A DNA stretch of 63,854 bases, the filler included, from Choristocarpus tenellus KU-1152 (Eukaryota > Protista > Phaeophyceae), in the NCBI GenBank assembly GCA_964200185.2. It is 10 parts of 10 records of this genome, joined end to end, with 100 filler letters (N's around TTAATTAATTAA, not from the genome) between each part and the next. Parts side by side here need not be neighbours in the genome. Positions count along the whole stretch, not along the records: positions 1 to 7,344 come from CAXNAD020006302.1; positions 7,445 to 12,592 come from CAXNAD020011711.1; 8 more parts are not named here. The stretch is one strand, 5' to 3'. The notes beneath the pieces were generated by a model that saw nothing but the letters and a program-made list of their open reading frames with translations, was not told the origin of the DNA and made no database searches. Of this stretch, positions 1 through 11,000 are shown one piece after another (position 1 is the first letter of the stretch; every line of letters begins with the position of its first letter). The position numbers and the translations under genes were made by a program.

Positions 1-425
1 CCCCCCAGATGCTTTGACCCCCAACTGGACACAGCAAAACACCCTTCGGAACTGCAATCCACTTTCTCACACAAAATCGTAATGCGCGCGCGCGCGCGCG
101 CACACACACACACACATACACACACATACACACAGCAAAACAAGACAGACACAGCTCTACGCCTTCCACCTCTACAGGAGCACGACGATGCTTCAACCCT
201 ACCAATTGACCACCTGCTGGAAATGCCACCTGACAACCTTCTCCCTGCCCCTCATTACCTAAAAAGAAAAATGCATTGCTTTTTGTTATTATTACTAAGT
301 TACTGTTCTGTTTTATACCGAAGAATGCATTTTGGTTTGTTACCCACCCCAAATTTGGTTGAAGGACCAGTTTCATCCTGTTGACTGGTTGGGGATACTA
401 TCATTATTATTACTATAATTATCAC

Positions 426-1777
426 CTGAAGGTCTTCTTGCATTGGTTGAAGTATGATTTCACACTCCTGGCAAACGCGCTGCGGCTCCCTGGGGTCAAA
501 GTCTGACAAGAGTACTGTGGAAATGGACAAGTCCGTTGGTGGATGAACCATCTTCTCATCAAGAGTGGGAAATAGTCATGGCAGGGCAAGGGGGAGGGGA
601 GAGGGGTACTCAGGCTCTGTCTGCTGCTGTCAAAATCTTGTAGGAGTAGGATGTTTAAAAAAAACGAAATACTTTGAGTATGCACTATTCATACAAGCAA
701 CAATTAGGGAAGGAAGGTAAAAGACACATTGACATGAGGAAGGGGAACGTGCGGGGGTGGGAGAGGTTTGGCTCAATCCAGTATCGTAATATTGTCCAAG
801 GCATAGTCAAGAGACCCAGAGCAAACATTAACTGTAGCCCGGAAGAGTTGTTTTGGTTGAATTTAAAAGTGTGCAAAAACAATGCACACAGACAGAAACA
901 TGTTTTGTTTCAAATACACCATGGTGATGAACAGTGTTCACTGCATTTCCGCGAAGAGTGCACTTTAACCAACCAACGCAAAGGGGTCGACTTGTTCACA
1001 AGGAAATAGCAACGCAAATGGATTTTCATCCGTCCGATTCCTCTATTTGACATTTTACAGTATCTTCAAAGGAGGACGAGAAACAAGATAATATGGGAAT
1101 CGTGATGCAGATCATAGAACACACTATCACTACTTACGTCGTTCAGCGGGATAAGGGCTTTGCCCGAGGAGCAGTTGCTACATGCGATCCTTCCACAGAA
1201 CCTACTCGGAGAGAGGAAAGGATGGGGAGGAGAGGGCCAGGAGCGTGGGCGCAACAGGGGTTTGAGTGTGATGAGAGAGAAGTGTTGAAGAAGGGCGCTC
1301 TGTTGAGACGAAACGTCAATTAGGTCAGTAGACAATACTTCTGTAAACACGGCGATGGCAATGTTCCCAGTCCGTGCTTCACGATCTCAAACTACAACTG
1401 GCGATCAAGCGCTAACATGCGCGGTAGGAGTTAGAAGGGGAAAATATGTTGTTAAGGTGTTTCTTAGAAAGCCTGTGCCATGAACGCTGAGTCGGAGGGT
1501 TTGCACAAAAGCTGATAGTGTAGAAGGTCAAGATACTACAAGTGAGGCCATCCCACTACCCAGCCCTGCAACCTTCAAGGATATAAATACCCAAATATAG
1601 GAGAACAGTGGATAGGCACGACAAGGGCTTACTCGTAGTCTTTGTTATGGAGCTGCTATCAGCTCCTCGGTACCTGCAGTGATGTTTCCTGGTGGTCACG
1701 CTGAACTGCTCGAAGCACAAGAAACAACGGGAAACTTCACTATCTCTGATCCATCGACGAGCACCACGGTGCGCCAT
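426..1777 (-). CDS. FYVE zinc-finger protein, first three exons (1777-1674, 1201-1138, 551-426); probably continues past the window start
   Basis: Spliced translation MAHRGARRWIRDSEVSRCFLCFEQFSVTTRKHHCR|FCGRIACSNCSSGKALIPLND|MVHPP...EPQRVCQECEIILQPMQEDLQ has the FYVE signatures WxxD, RKHHCR, CxxC and RVC. Introns are GT-AG and in phase. Confidence 0.85.
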
Positions 1778-2430
1778 TGCATCCCTGGTTGTTCACTGCT
1801 ACAACTGAAAAAGCGTAAGAAAATGCTATCTCCGCACTGGCCTACGTGTAGGATAAGGTCAGCCAAAAAAAAAGTTAACGTTCACTTGTAATGTCCATCT
1901 GCTGGTAGGCAAAAATGTGAGCACGTTGACAACTATCTTCGTGGGGGCAGAGAAGACAATGGGTTGAGAAACAGTTGAAGGGGGAGAGTGAGGACAAGAA
2001 ATGAAGAACCTACTTGACACCTCTGGGTCAGATGCAGGGCTCTGGGCCACTTCGAGAAGAATGTTGTGGCATAGTATGTGAATTGAAAAATGTATAAAAC
2101 ATAAATATATATAGAACAGTAGGAGTATAAGTAGGAGTAGTGGTAATTTAATAGTACCTTTTTATTTTGCTCACAAATTCTGGATTATTATTATTATTTG
2201 CTCATTCCTAATTTGCTATTCCTCTATCCTCTACCCATTTGATGACCAACCAGTGGGAATGCCCTTCGTCACTGATTGCCAGCCATCCTTTCAACCCACA
2301 CAAGTTCCCACTCCCCTCAACCCCACAGCAGTTCTCACACCACTCAACACCACTCCACAATCATCCAAGAAGACATCTACCCTGCCGTAACTTGACCTCC
2401 CCTCCCCTTTCGGGGTGGATTTCTTCTCTC

Positions 2431-3510
2431 TCATCTCGTTACCTCCTGACCTGGTTGTACCCAATCCTTCCTACTCTCTGCCAGACCCTTTGAAACTAAC
2501 ACTGGATCCTTCTGGTTTGTCCTAACGTACATCATAAACGCCCTTGACTACCACCTTCCTTCCTGCTGTATTACTAGTTCTGGTACCCCCATGCTTGCCA
2601 GTCTCGTGGCTCCCCCTATCCTATCCGAATGCAGGGCGTACTCTTCTGGTCTTAGCCTCAGTTCTTTTGCTATCCTCCTCAGAACACATGTTGCTTGGCC
2701 CCTCGTAATCACTCTCCATCCCCTGTCCTGTCTACATGTTATCAGAGTGGCATCAGGGGGAAGTTCTGCGAAGCATTCCATAATAGCCATCACTACTTCC
2801 CATCCTCCCATACATTCTTCTCCCCCTTCCTTCCCTACCTTGCATCTTGTCAACACTGCTCATTTTCTGCCCTGGTCCCCTTTTGACCCTGTAAATGTTA
2901 CCTCTACTTTTTCTGCCTGGTGTCTCTCTTCCCAACTTAGTCTTTTAACTCCCCTCCTCCATACTACTTCCCTCCTCCTTACTGCGAAATCCCCATGAAC
3001 TCCTCCCCCTTCGTCATAGGCCCATAACTCTGAGGCTCTAGCTAGAAAGAAGAACGAGAAACCCAAACCTAGCCTTGTCAGTTTACCTTCCCCACCTAGC
3101 ATTTCAGTGCATTGCTTTGTCTCTACGATAATTCTCCACGTTAGGGGTCTTCTCTTCTTGGGCTCACTTTCTATTTTTGTGTGGCTCCTCCCTATTCCTT
3201 TTAGTACAGATTGGATAATGAAATGTTGTGTGGGAAGTTGTAGGTTGAGGAAATGCTTGTGGTAGTATTGGATTGCTGCTATCTTACCCTTAATTGTGCT
3301 TACTTGGTTCCCCCTACTTCCACAACAGAAACACATGAACTCCGCTAATGCCTTTACTACTTCTATCTCTCTACTCCCAGGGTCTATCCACCTACTCAAT
3401 CTCCTATATGTGCGGGACTCAGACCATTGGTCCCAAGCTGCTTCATAACACTTCTGAGTAGATGGCGCAACCGATCCTCTGGCGTACACTGCTGCAAGGC
3501 ACTCAAACAC
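2431..3510 (-). pseudogene. Tyrosine recombinase (YR) of the retrotransposon, with two in-frame stops
   Basis: Motifs FFLARASEL (catalytic R), SKGDQ (K), YALHSDRIGGAT (HxxR) and GRW*SRAFMMYVR (W, catalytic Y). ORFs 2860-3510 and 2548-2856 are in the same frame, with stops at ~2860 and ~2548. Confidence 0.88.
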
Positions 3511-5554
3511 ACCGTCTTCCCTTCCCGACCCATGGGCTGCTCCTGCCAGTCAATGCGTGGGCAAATACGTTGGAGGTTAGGTTGAATCTCATCCCTCTTC
3601 CACCATGAAATACCATCTGCTAAGTCGTTCTGCTTCCCGGCTACGTGTTCCGCTGCAAATGACCATTCCCCTGCTATTTCCAACACCCCCATTATTCTCA
3701 TCAAGCCTCCTGCCCTCCTATCCTTTGCCCCCCCACACTTACAGAACCAATGCACTGCAGAGTAATTGTCCCCTCTCAGCAACATTGGGTCTCCCTTCTT
3801 CTCTGCTTTCCCTTTTATCTTCATTACTAGTACCCATGCATTTATTACCATTCCTAATAACTCCAAAACGTTGATTGAAATACTCCCCCCTTCTCCTTTT
3901 ACCACGCTACGCATAATATCCTTCTTCACGTGTTCTGGGAAGTAATATCTCCACCACTTACCCGTCTCTACGTTGTACCCTCCTACTGCTGAAGACCATG
4001 CATCCGAATACCATGTCGTACCTGGGGGTCTTGATACAAACCCCAAGAACGGGGAGCTCAGGTTTTCACCCTCCTTAGCCAGACCGTGTTCTACCACCCA
4101 CCTCCACCAATTCAAGTCTTCTTTGAATTCCCTTCCTATCCTGATTTCCCTATTTGCTTCTCTTAAGCCTTCCTTCTGTTCAAACTGTCCACCCCCTCTT
4201 GCTATCCTACCCACCCAACCCCGTTTCTGGTGCAACCCTGACAGGTGTACCAGCCGCCAAAGAAAAACATTCCCTGGGCGTATAACGTAAGACATGTGAA
4301 ACAGTCGACCCAGCAACACCCATACCTCCTGCACCCTTGCTACCAACTTCGATTCTGGCCACTCCCCTAGCAATTCCTTCAGTCCCTTCAACTTTCCCTC
4401 TGGTAGGGCAATGGTCATCGCCTCTGTATCTATCTTCCATCCTACCACTACCTGTGTGGTATGCCATCCTGTTATTTTTTTTGCTGACAGAATGGGGGGT
4501 TCGTCTACGTCTCTCTGGCCTAGCAACCGTATGTGATCGGAGACTAGGGAATTTGTTGCTAGTATCAGTCTCCGCCCATCTTCAAACCATTGGGGCTCTA
4601 CCAAGATGCTATCATCTACGTACATTCTGGAAAAAAAAGGGTCCTCCACCCCCCCCTCTGCTATATCCTGCACCTTCCATGTCTCGTTGATTGTCCTAAA
4701 CTCCCTCCTGCCCTCCTGCTTCGAGTACATTACCCCTACCGCAATCTTTTCTGCTTCTTCAAGGACTACTGTCGACTTGGGATCTGTATGGCAATGTGAA
4801 AATTCGAGTGCACTCGCTAAGAGGTCCCACCACCCCGGGCGATTCCTCCACCCAAATTGGAGTATAAAATCAATCACTAGCAAATCCCCAACACAGTATC
4901 CAAACTTTGCTGCCCCTTGTGGTTCTACCGGCACTTGGCGAAAGGCATCTTTCACATCCATCTTACTAATCATAATCCTCGTCCCCGGGAAATTCTTCTC
5001 CTTAGGCCCACAATTCTCCTAATTACGTCCCTTATCACTGTTCCACAATGTACAGGGGGGGCATCCTCTAAATCTGTCTGGTCATTCACACTCGGACCCC
5101 AATTCTCTTGCTGGTACGACAAATCATGAATAATCCTTACCCTCGTGGGTTCTTGAATGATACTCACTGGGGACGCCTGCAATCCTGGAATCTTCCCCCA
5201 CATCCTTTTTGGGAACACCAAAGCTCTACCCAGGTTCACACCACTCACTACCTTTGCTAGTAGGGCCTCCTTCTTACTGCTTGCACTCGTGTGGTTTCCG
5301 TACTCTAGTCTCTTCTCAACGCAGCCTATACCCCTTACGCACACTGGCACTCCCTTGTTCACTACCTGTTGGAGTTGCTCTATCTGTGGGAACCCGATCT
5401 TTTTCCCAAAATGGTCGTCAATCGTCTCCCAATCCAACCGTTTGGGGCTCCATCTTTCCCCTAACCTATCCACTAGCGTCGCCAAGTCCACCCCACACTC
5501 CCCTATTAGTACTTCCCCTTTTTTTGCCAACTCCTCCAATCCCTCCCCTAACAT
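3396..5554 (-). pseudogene. Reverse transcriptase plus RNase H (pol), frameshifted near 4995
   Basis: RT motifs RIIHDLS, KMDVKDAFRQVP, LQFGW..PG and YVDD. RNase H motifs YSDAW, INVLELL, GDNYSAV and EHVAGKQNDLADGIS. Confidence 0.92.
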
Positions 5555-5809
5555 TACTCTGTCCTTTTTTCTTTTCTACTTCTGCCATATGCTCAACCAA
5601 TCTCCAAATTCATCCGTTATTCCCCTCTCCCCCCCCCTTGTACCTTTTAGTGTCCGGCGCATTGACCCTGGTGTTGGAATACCCGACGTCCCTTGTCGAT
5701 GTTGTGGTAGTCTTGACGTACATTGGTCTCCTCTTGCCGGCCTCCCCTGGGAAAGGGTGGGCCCGTGTCCTCATGGATCTTTCTTCTTAGCTTTTGCCTC
5801 GGTCTGAAC

Positions 5810-6778
5810 CTCCTCTCTCTCTTCTCCCCCTTCCTCAAAATGGTCGTATCTGCAAAACTCTTTTTTTTTTCAGGAATTCACACTCCTTTCCTGCTTTCCA
5901 CGCATAGCACGGGTTGTAGGTCCTTCCCCCTTCCCTTGATATTCCTGCTCTGGTTCGATCTTCAGCCCTGGGAGATTTCGAAGCCCTAGTCTCCCCCCAT
6001 GTCCCCGCCCTCTTCATGGATCGAGAGTGGGACTCAGTGCTATATAGGGCAGGTAGCATGTTCTTTGCTTGGGCCATAGTCGCTTCTAGACATGTGAAAA
6101 TTGGGCTCGTCGGTAGTGGTATTGGCGTGTCAAGGAAGGGTGGTGTGTTAAATTTATTCCCTAAAATATCTGCCGCTGCCACCAACCGCTTTTCCCAACA
6201 CGTGAGGTCCTCCTCCACTGCTCTGAAGAATAGCTCCACGATCCGTGGACTCTCTAACAGTGTTGGTTTGTTTGCCCCATAAAACATGCAAACTTTTCGT
6301 CTAGCCTCTTCCAACTCATCGATTACGCGTTCTGTCCTTCTCCGCCCCTTATTCCACCTATCCCCATATTTAAAAATCCTCACCATGGCTGCCACAAAGC
6401 ATTCAAAATTGTCCGGTAGTTCGTAGTCTGCTTTGACCGTCAGCTTGCGGATCTCTTCGTTCTGACTTAGTGGTTGGCTGTGATTGCTCTCTCTCCTCTG
6501 CTCTTAGTCGTCCCCTTCTTCCACCCCTGTCTGTTCTCTCTCTCCCGTCTCGAAGATTCCCATTTCCGTTGCGCTGTTTCGATATATGCCTGCACCCTCT
6601 GCGCCGCCATTGTTCCCCTCTCTGCTTCCTGTTCCTTGCATCCCTTTTCTTCTTCTGACCAACCCCCAATAATTTCTTCTCCTTCCCCTCTTCTTGTCCC
6701 TTCGTTTTTCCTTTCATTTTCCTGCTCCATCTCCGTCCACTCAGCGTCATTGTCCCTCCTGTTTGCTATGTTGCTCAT
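5810..6778 (-). pseudogene. gag-like ORF1 with a C-terminal CCCH-type zinc finger, broken by frameshifts
   Basis: Three consecutive ORF fragments in different frames lie upstream of pol. CYAWKAGKECEFLKK../FCRYDH can be reconstructed across the T-run at 5861-5870. Confidence 0.6.
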
Positions 6779-7070
6779 AAGAAGCTTGCTCGGAGGTTGC
6801 CTTGTTCTCCCCTCCTCGTCTCATATCCCTGATTTTGTGAATACCTCCCTTTGCTTCCACCTACCACTCATTTCCATTAACCCTCTCGTTCCTTCCTTAA
6901 CTATTCCTTCTCTTCCTACTTCTTTCTTTTCCTTTTTCCCACATTCTTATCCTGTGTCCCCAACCCCCCAGAATTCTTCTGCTCACAAAACTCAGTTTAC
7001 TTCATAAACTCTCACTTTATAGTGTTCTTATGTTTAGGATATTTTATTTCTTTAGGGCTAATAACGACAT

Positions 7071-7277
7071 ATATATAGTTTTCATTGGTTTCCCCCCTGA
7101 CACATCTGCAAAATGTCAGAGGGCATAATAATAATAAATATACAAGGTAGTAACGTACACAGCAGTATGTTACGGTGAGTTAGTGGGACACTACAAATGG
7201 TATAGTAGGGCAATTTATTATTATGCCCTCTGACATTTTGCAGATGTGTCAGGGGGAAACCAATGAAAACTATATAC
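7071..7277. repeat. ~62-bp near-perfect inverted repeat with ~80-bp spacer at the 5' end of the YR element
   Basis: TATATAGTTTTCATTGGTTTCCCCCCTGACACATCTGCAAAATGTCAGAGGGCATAATAATAA (~7072-7134) and its reverse complement at ~7215-7276. Confidence 0.95.
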
Positions 7278-7344
7278 ATATGTAAGAGATGGGCAAGGAG
7301 GGGTCTGTTGGATTCTTGGGATGCTTCCTTAGCTCCCCCCCCAG

Positions 7345-7444
7345 NNNNNNNNNNNNNNNNNNNNNNNNNNNNNNNNNNNNNNNNNNNNTTAATTAATTAA
7401 NNNNNNNNNNNNNNNNNNNNNNNNNNNNNNNNNNNNNNNNNNNN
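7345..7444. other. Artificial contig linker (N run + TTAATTAATTAA + N run); also at ~12593, 16791, 35193, 40880, 47257, 51588, 54601 and 60468
   Basis: Uniform ~100-nt N blocks with a central 12-mer that gives stops in all six frames. Confidence 0.97.
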
Positions 7445-8039
7445 TGGGATGTGCCCCTTCTCATCCAGTACCCTCTTGTGATCTCACCACTCCCTTTCAT
7501 GGTGTGAGATACATACAATCAAGGAATACCTATAGAAATGGTGGCGTTGGCGACACGGTACAACTTTGAAAGGGTCGTATGTTGGTATGATGGACCAGGC
7601 TTATACCGTCATCGTTGTTTGTGCATGTTAGTGGTATACTTCATACTGTCATAACGATCTGCCAACCTCCAAACAGGTTATCGGCAGCAATTTTCAATTT
7701 TCTGTCAGAAGTGGCGAGCATGCAACAAATGGGTTATATATACTTGCCTAAAAACAATATTGTGGAGTTCCCCTCCCAGCTCCTTGTGCACATTCAGGAA
7801 GAGCTGCTTCCATGCGCAAAGTTGATTCTCTACCAGAACTTACAAAGGGAGTGCTAGAAAATTAGGAGGCGTCCTCTTGCCCATCTTGTCTTGAACCATG
7901 AAGCTCTCTTCGCCCCCCTCCTTTCCTGGTCTTCCCTACTCAACACAAACCTTTGACCTCCCATCACGTTTCAAAATATCCTCCCCATGTGCTATATCCC
8001 CCTTCCCCTCTCCCCAGCTCTCCACAACACTATACCCAG

Positions 8040-11000
8040 ACTTCCAGGGTAGCCATTTATATGAGGAGCTCTGCGATGAGCTCTGGTCCAGGGGTAATAT
8101 CTCAAACCACAATAAACCTTGCTCCTCTAGTGAGGGGTTGTCCCCTGACCCTCTAGACAAGCAGCACCCACCACCAACATCAGCCCCTGTTTCTTCACCT
8201 CCCTCTTCCCCCCTTCCTCATACTCCGCCAACCATGGGAGGCAGGGGTGGAGGAGGGCTCGGTAGGATTGAGAAGGTGAACAGGGTGGTGGTGTCGGATG
8301 CCAAAGGATGTGAAGGGAGAGTGGGGATGACCCCTGGGCAGGGCGATTCTTCACCTGGCCTGGTGTCCCCGCCTATTTTGGGCACGCCATGTCCATCACT
8401 GTCACACTCCTCAATCCCTTCCGTAGACAAGGCGATAGGGGCAGAGGTTGGTTTGGAGCTGGCCCAGAATCCATCCGAGGCAGGGGCACATGCAACTGCC
8501 GACTTTGAGAGCCTCTGGAGGTGCAGTCAAGGGAATATTTTGGAAAGGATGTTGAGGAGGATGACCCTGCCAGGTCACGTTTCCAAGCACCTGCCCCCGC
8601 TGGAGAGAGGAGGTAGAGGGGGAGGTGGTATTGGTCTGCGACAAATGGGGGTGGGCAATGGTATGGTCATGGGAAGGGGTGGAACAGTGGGCGGTGACAT
8701 GGGGGACTTGGGCTCTGGTTGTGGCGGGGCTGGGGGGTTGGGGGTCTGGCAGAGGAGGAGTGGAAGTGGAATATTCTCAAGCCCAGGCAAGGCGTTTCTG
8801 TTTCCTCGTGATTGTAGTTTGAGAGTAGTTGTTATGTTGCCATGTTGTTTGTGCTCTTGGAAGGGTCATAAGATTTGGATCTATCATAAGATTTGAATCT
8901 ACCATATAATTTGGCTCTATCATAAGATTTGGATCTATCATAAGATTTGAATCTACCATATAATTTGGCTCTATCATAAGATTTGGATCTATAATAATTT
9001 TTGAATCTATCATTAGATTTGTATCTATCACAATTCAGTGCAATGTTTAACGGCGATGTCCCTTTGCCATGAAGCACGTATGAGAGTTTTCATGTGTCTT
9101 CATGTTCATGTGTCTTCATGTTCATGTTGTGTCTCTTACACCTGGGGGAATGTTTTCACTCTAATGTTCTTTGTCTCTGTGTGCTATGATGTGGGGCTTT
9201 ACCGTATGTCCTCGGTGAAAATAGAGCACTATTCACTATTGGATGGACTTGGAAGCCGAGGTAGTCCAGCCGTTTCGAGCATTGAAAGTTAAGCAAAAGG
9301 AGGGTGTCTGTTGTGTTAACCTCTTGCTTACGTGGTATTCTATCTCCTCTGCCATTCCTCCTCTACCCATTTATGTTGGTTTTTTGCAGGGTCTCCAGGT
9401 GCCCGAGAGCATATCTTACTTCCACGCTCCATTCGTAGGCTGGGGAGGAAACCCTGTTCAATGAGTTGTAGCAGCAGCAGCAGCAGGAGCAGCAGATGTA
9501 GCACTAGTAGTTCCTCCTTGATTGGTCCCGTCCAAACCCAAACATCCTCGACACCACCCCTAGGGAGTCCTGAAGGTAGATCGAGTCTGTCAAGCCCACC
9601 ACTGTTGAAACCCCTCATCCACCATGGTAGTAGCGGTACTCTTGTTGTGGAGGAGAGAGTTTCAAGAGATGATGGCATGAAGTTGGATGAAACTTCTGAA
9701 GTGGTAGTAGGGGGTTCATTGGGTAGAGATAGGGGCAGAAGTGGCGGTGACTTGAGCAGCATCAGCAGTGATGGGGGTAGGGGTGGGGGCTTGGGTAGGG
9801 GAAGGGGAAGGGTGAGAGGGTGTGCAAGGCGGACTGGCTGGGTTGCACAGTTCTGCGGGGTGATGGAAAATAACTGTATCAACATGAAGGTGAGATATTT
9901 TGCCCTTTGAGTTGATTAATCTCTGCTGCAATGGTTTGTCATTGTAGAGACTTTTAGGAATATTGAAATACCATTATTAGATTTTTACTGAATTTTTGAA
10001 GCCTATCATTTAAAATATACTCTTAAATATGGAGTATAATATTGTTCTTTTTCTGTCAGAATTGTATCTACATATATTTTGGTTTTAAAAAACAGCGTAG
10101 GAGGCATGATATTACTGTGGATGAGTCTTCCTTCTCTCAACATCCACATCCTGTGATAGCTCACTACCTGATAGGCATTTTTTGTATCTAACGTATATCT
10201 CTTTAGATAATAATAATAATAATAATAATTGTTGTTATTGTTGTTATTTTCTCACTCTAGTCTAGAAACTTCTCCACTATCTCAACCCTACCTAGCCCCC
10301 TTGAACTGTGGTCAGATGACAGTGCCATGGCACTGCACACAGCACTATTTCTACCCTACTGACTAACTACCATCTATTTCTACCCTAACACTAACTACCG
10401 TGTATGCCTTGATTTTCATTGTGATGGACCATTGTGATGGGTTCAGCTGTACCAAACCACCCTGCTTGTCACGCTGCCTCTTCCCCCAAAACTAGCGCGC
10501 ATTCGCTCTGTCTGCAATGAATCAATATTTGTCATCGCGGTCCAGATTTTTCCGTGCTTACCTTTATGTATTTTTTTTGTGTGGTGGTAAAGTACAGGTA
10601 TATGTACCTTCCCAATACCAGTGAAACTAATCTGTTCGCTGCACCCGGGGTTCGAACCCGGCATTTCCGTGACCAAATGCGGGTGATTGACCACTTGACC
10701 TACACGGATAAAATTAAGATACATTGTTCATCAAGTCTATTTACAAACTGTATTGTAGACACTATAAATTGCAATAATTGGCAAAACCCCCCTGAAGTTG
10801 GATTTTTGTCCCACATCAACTATTGACAACTAAGTATCCCAGGCAGCACAGACAGCATCCTTGAACAATCTATCCAACAACAAAGAAATCCCACCCTGTA
10901 CTATTACTAGAGTCATCATACACTTCAGTCATATGGAATGTCTAGTAGTAGCCTACTGGAGTATCGGTGCTTACCTCTATCACCCTCTGTTATGGCTGCC

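Larger units (their letters stand above)
2240..7138 (-). mobile_element. Decayed tyrosine-recombinase retrotransposon (DIRS/Ngaro class)
   Basis: Intron-less, ordered gag-like, RT, RNase H and overlapping tyrosine recombinase ORFs, with frameshifts and stops. The 5' end motif recurs elsewhere in the window. The 3' boundary is approximate. Confidence 0.9.

Noticed and set aside
2591-7007. Many plus-strand ORFs (e.g. 5157-5807, 6474-7007)
   Set aside because: Antisense shadows of the purine-rich retroelement ORFs, with no recognisable motifs.
7345-7444. Recurrent TTAATTAATTAA palindrome within N runs, and ORFs ending in X...LIN
   Set aside because: Artificial contig linker with six-frame stops. 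It is not biological, and adjacency across these gaps is not guaranteed.
10637-10709. Functional tRNA gene
   Set aside because: The acceptor stem does not pair and the anticodon and D stems are poor. Kept only as a tRNA-derived sequence.
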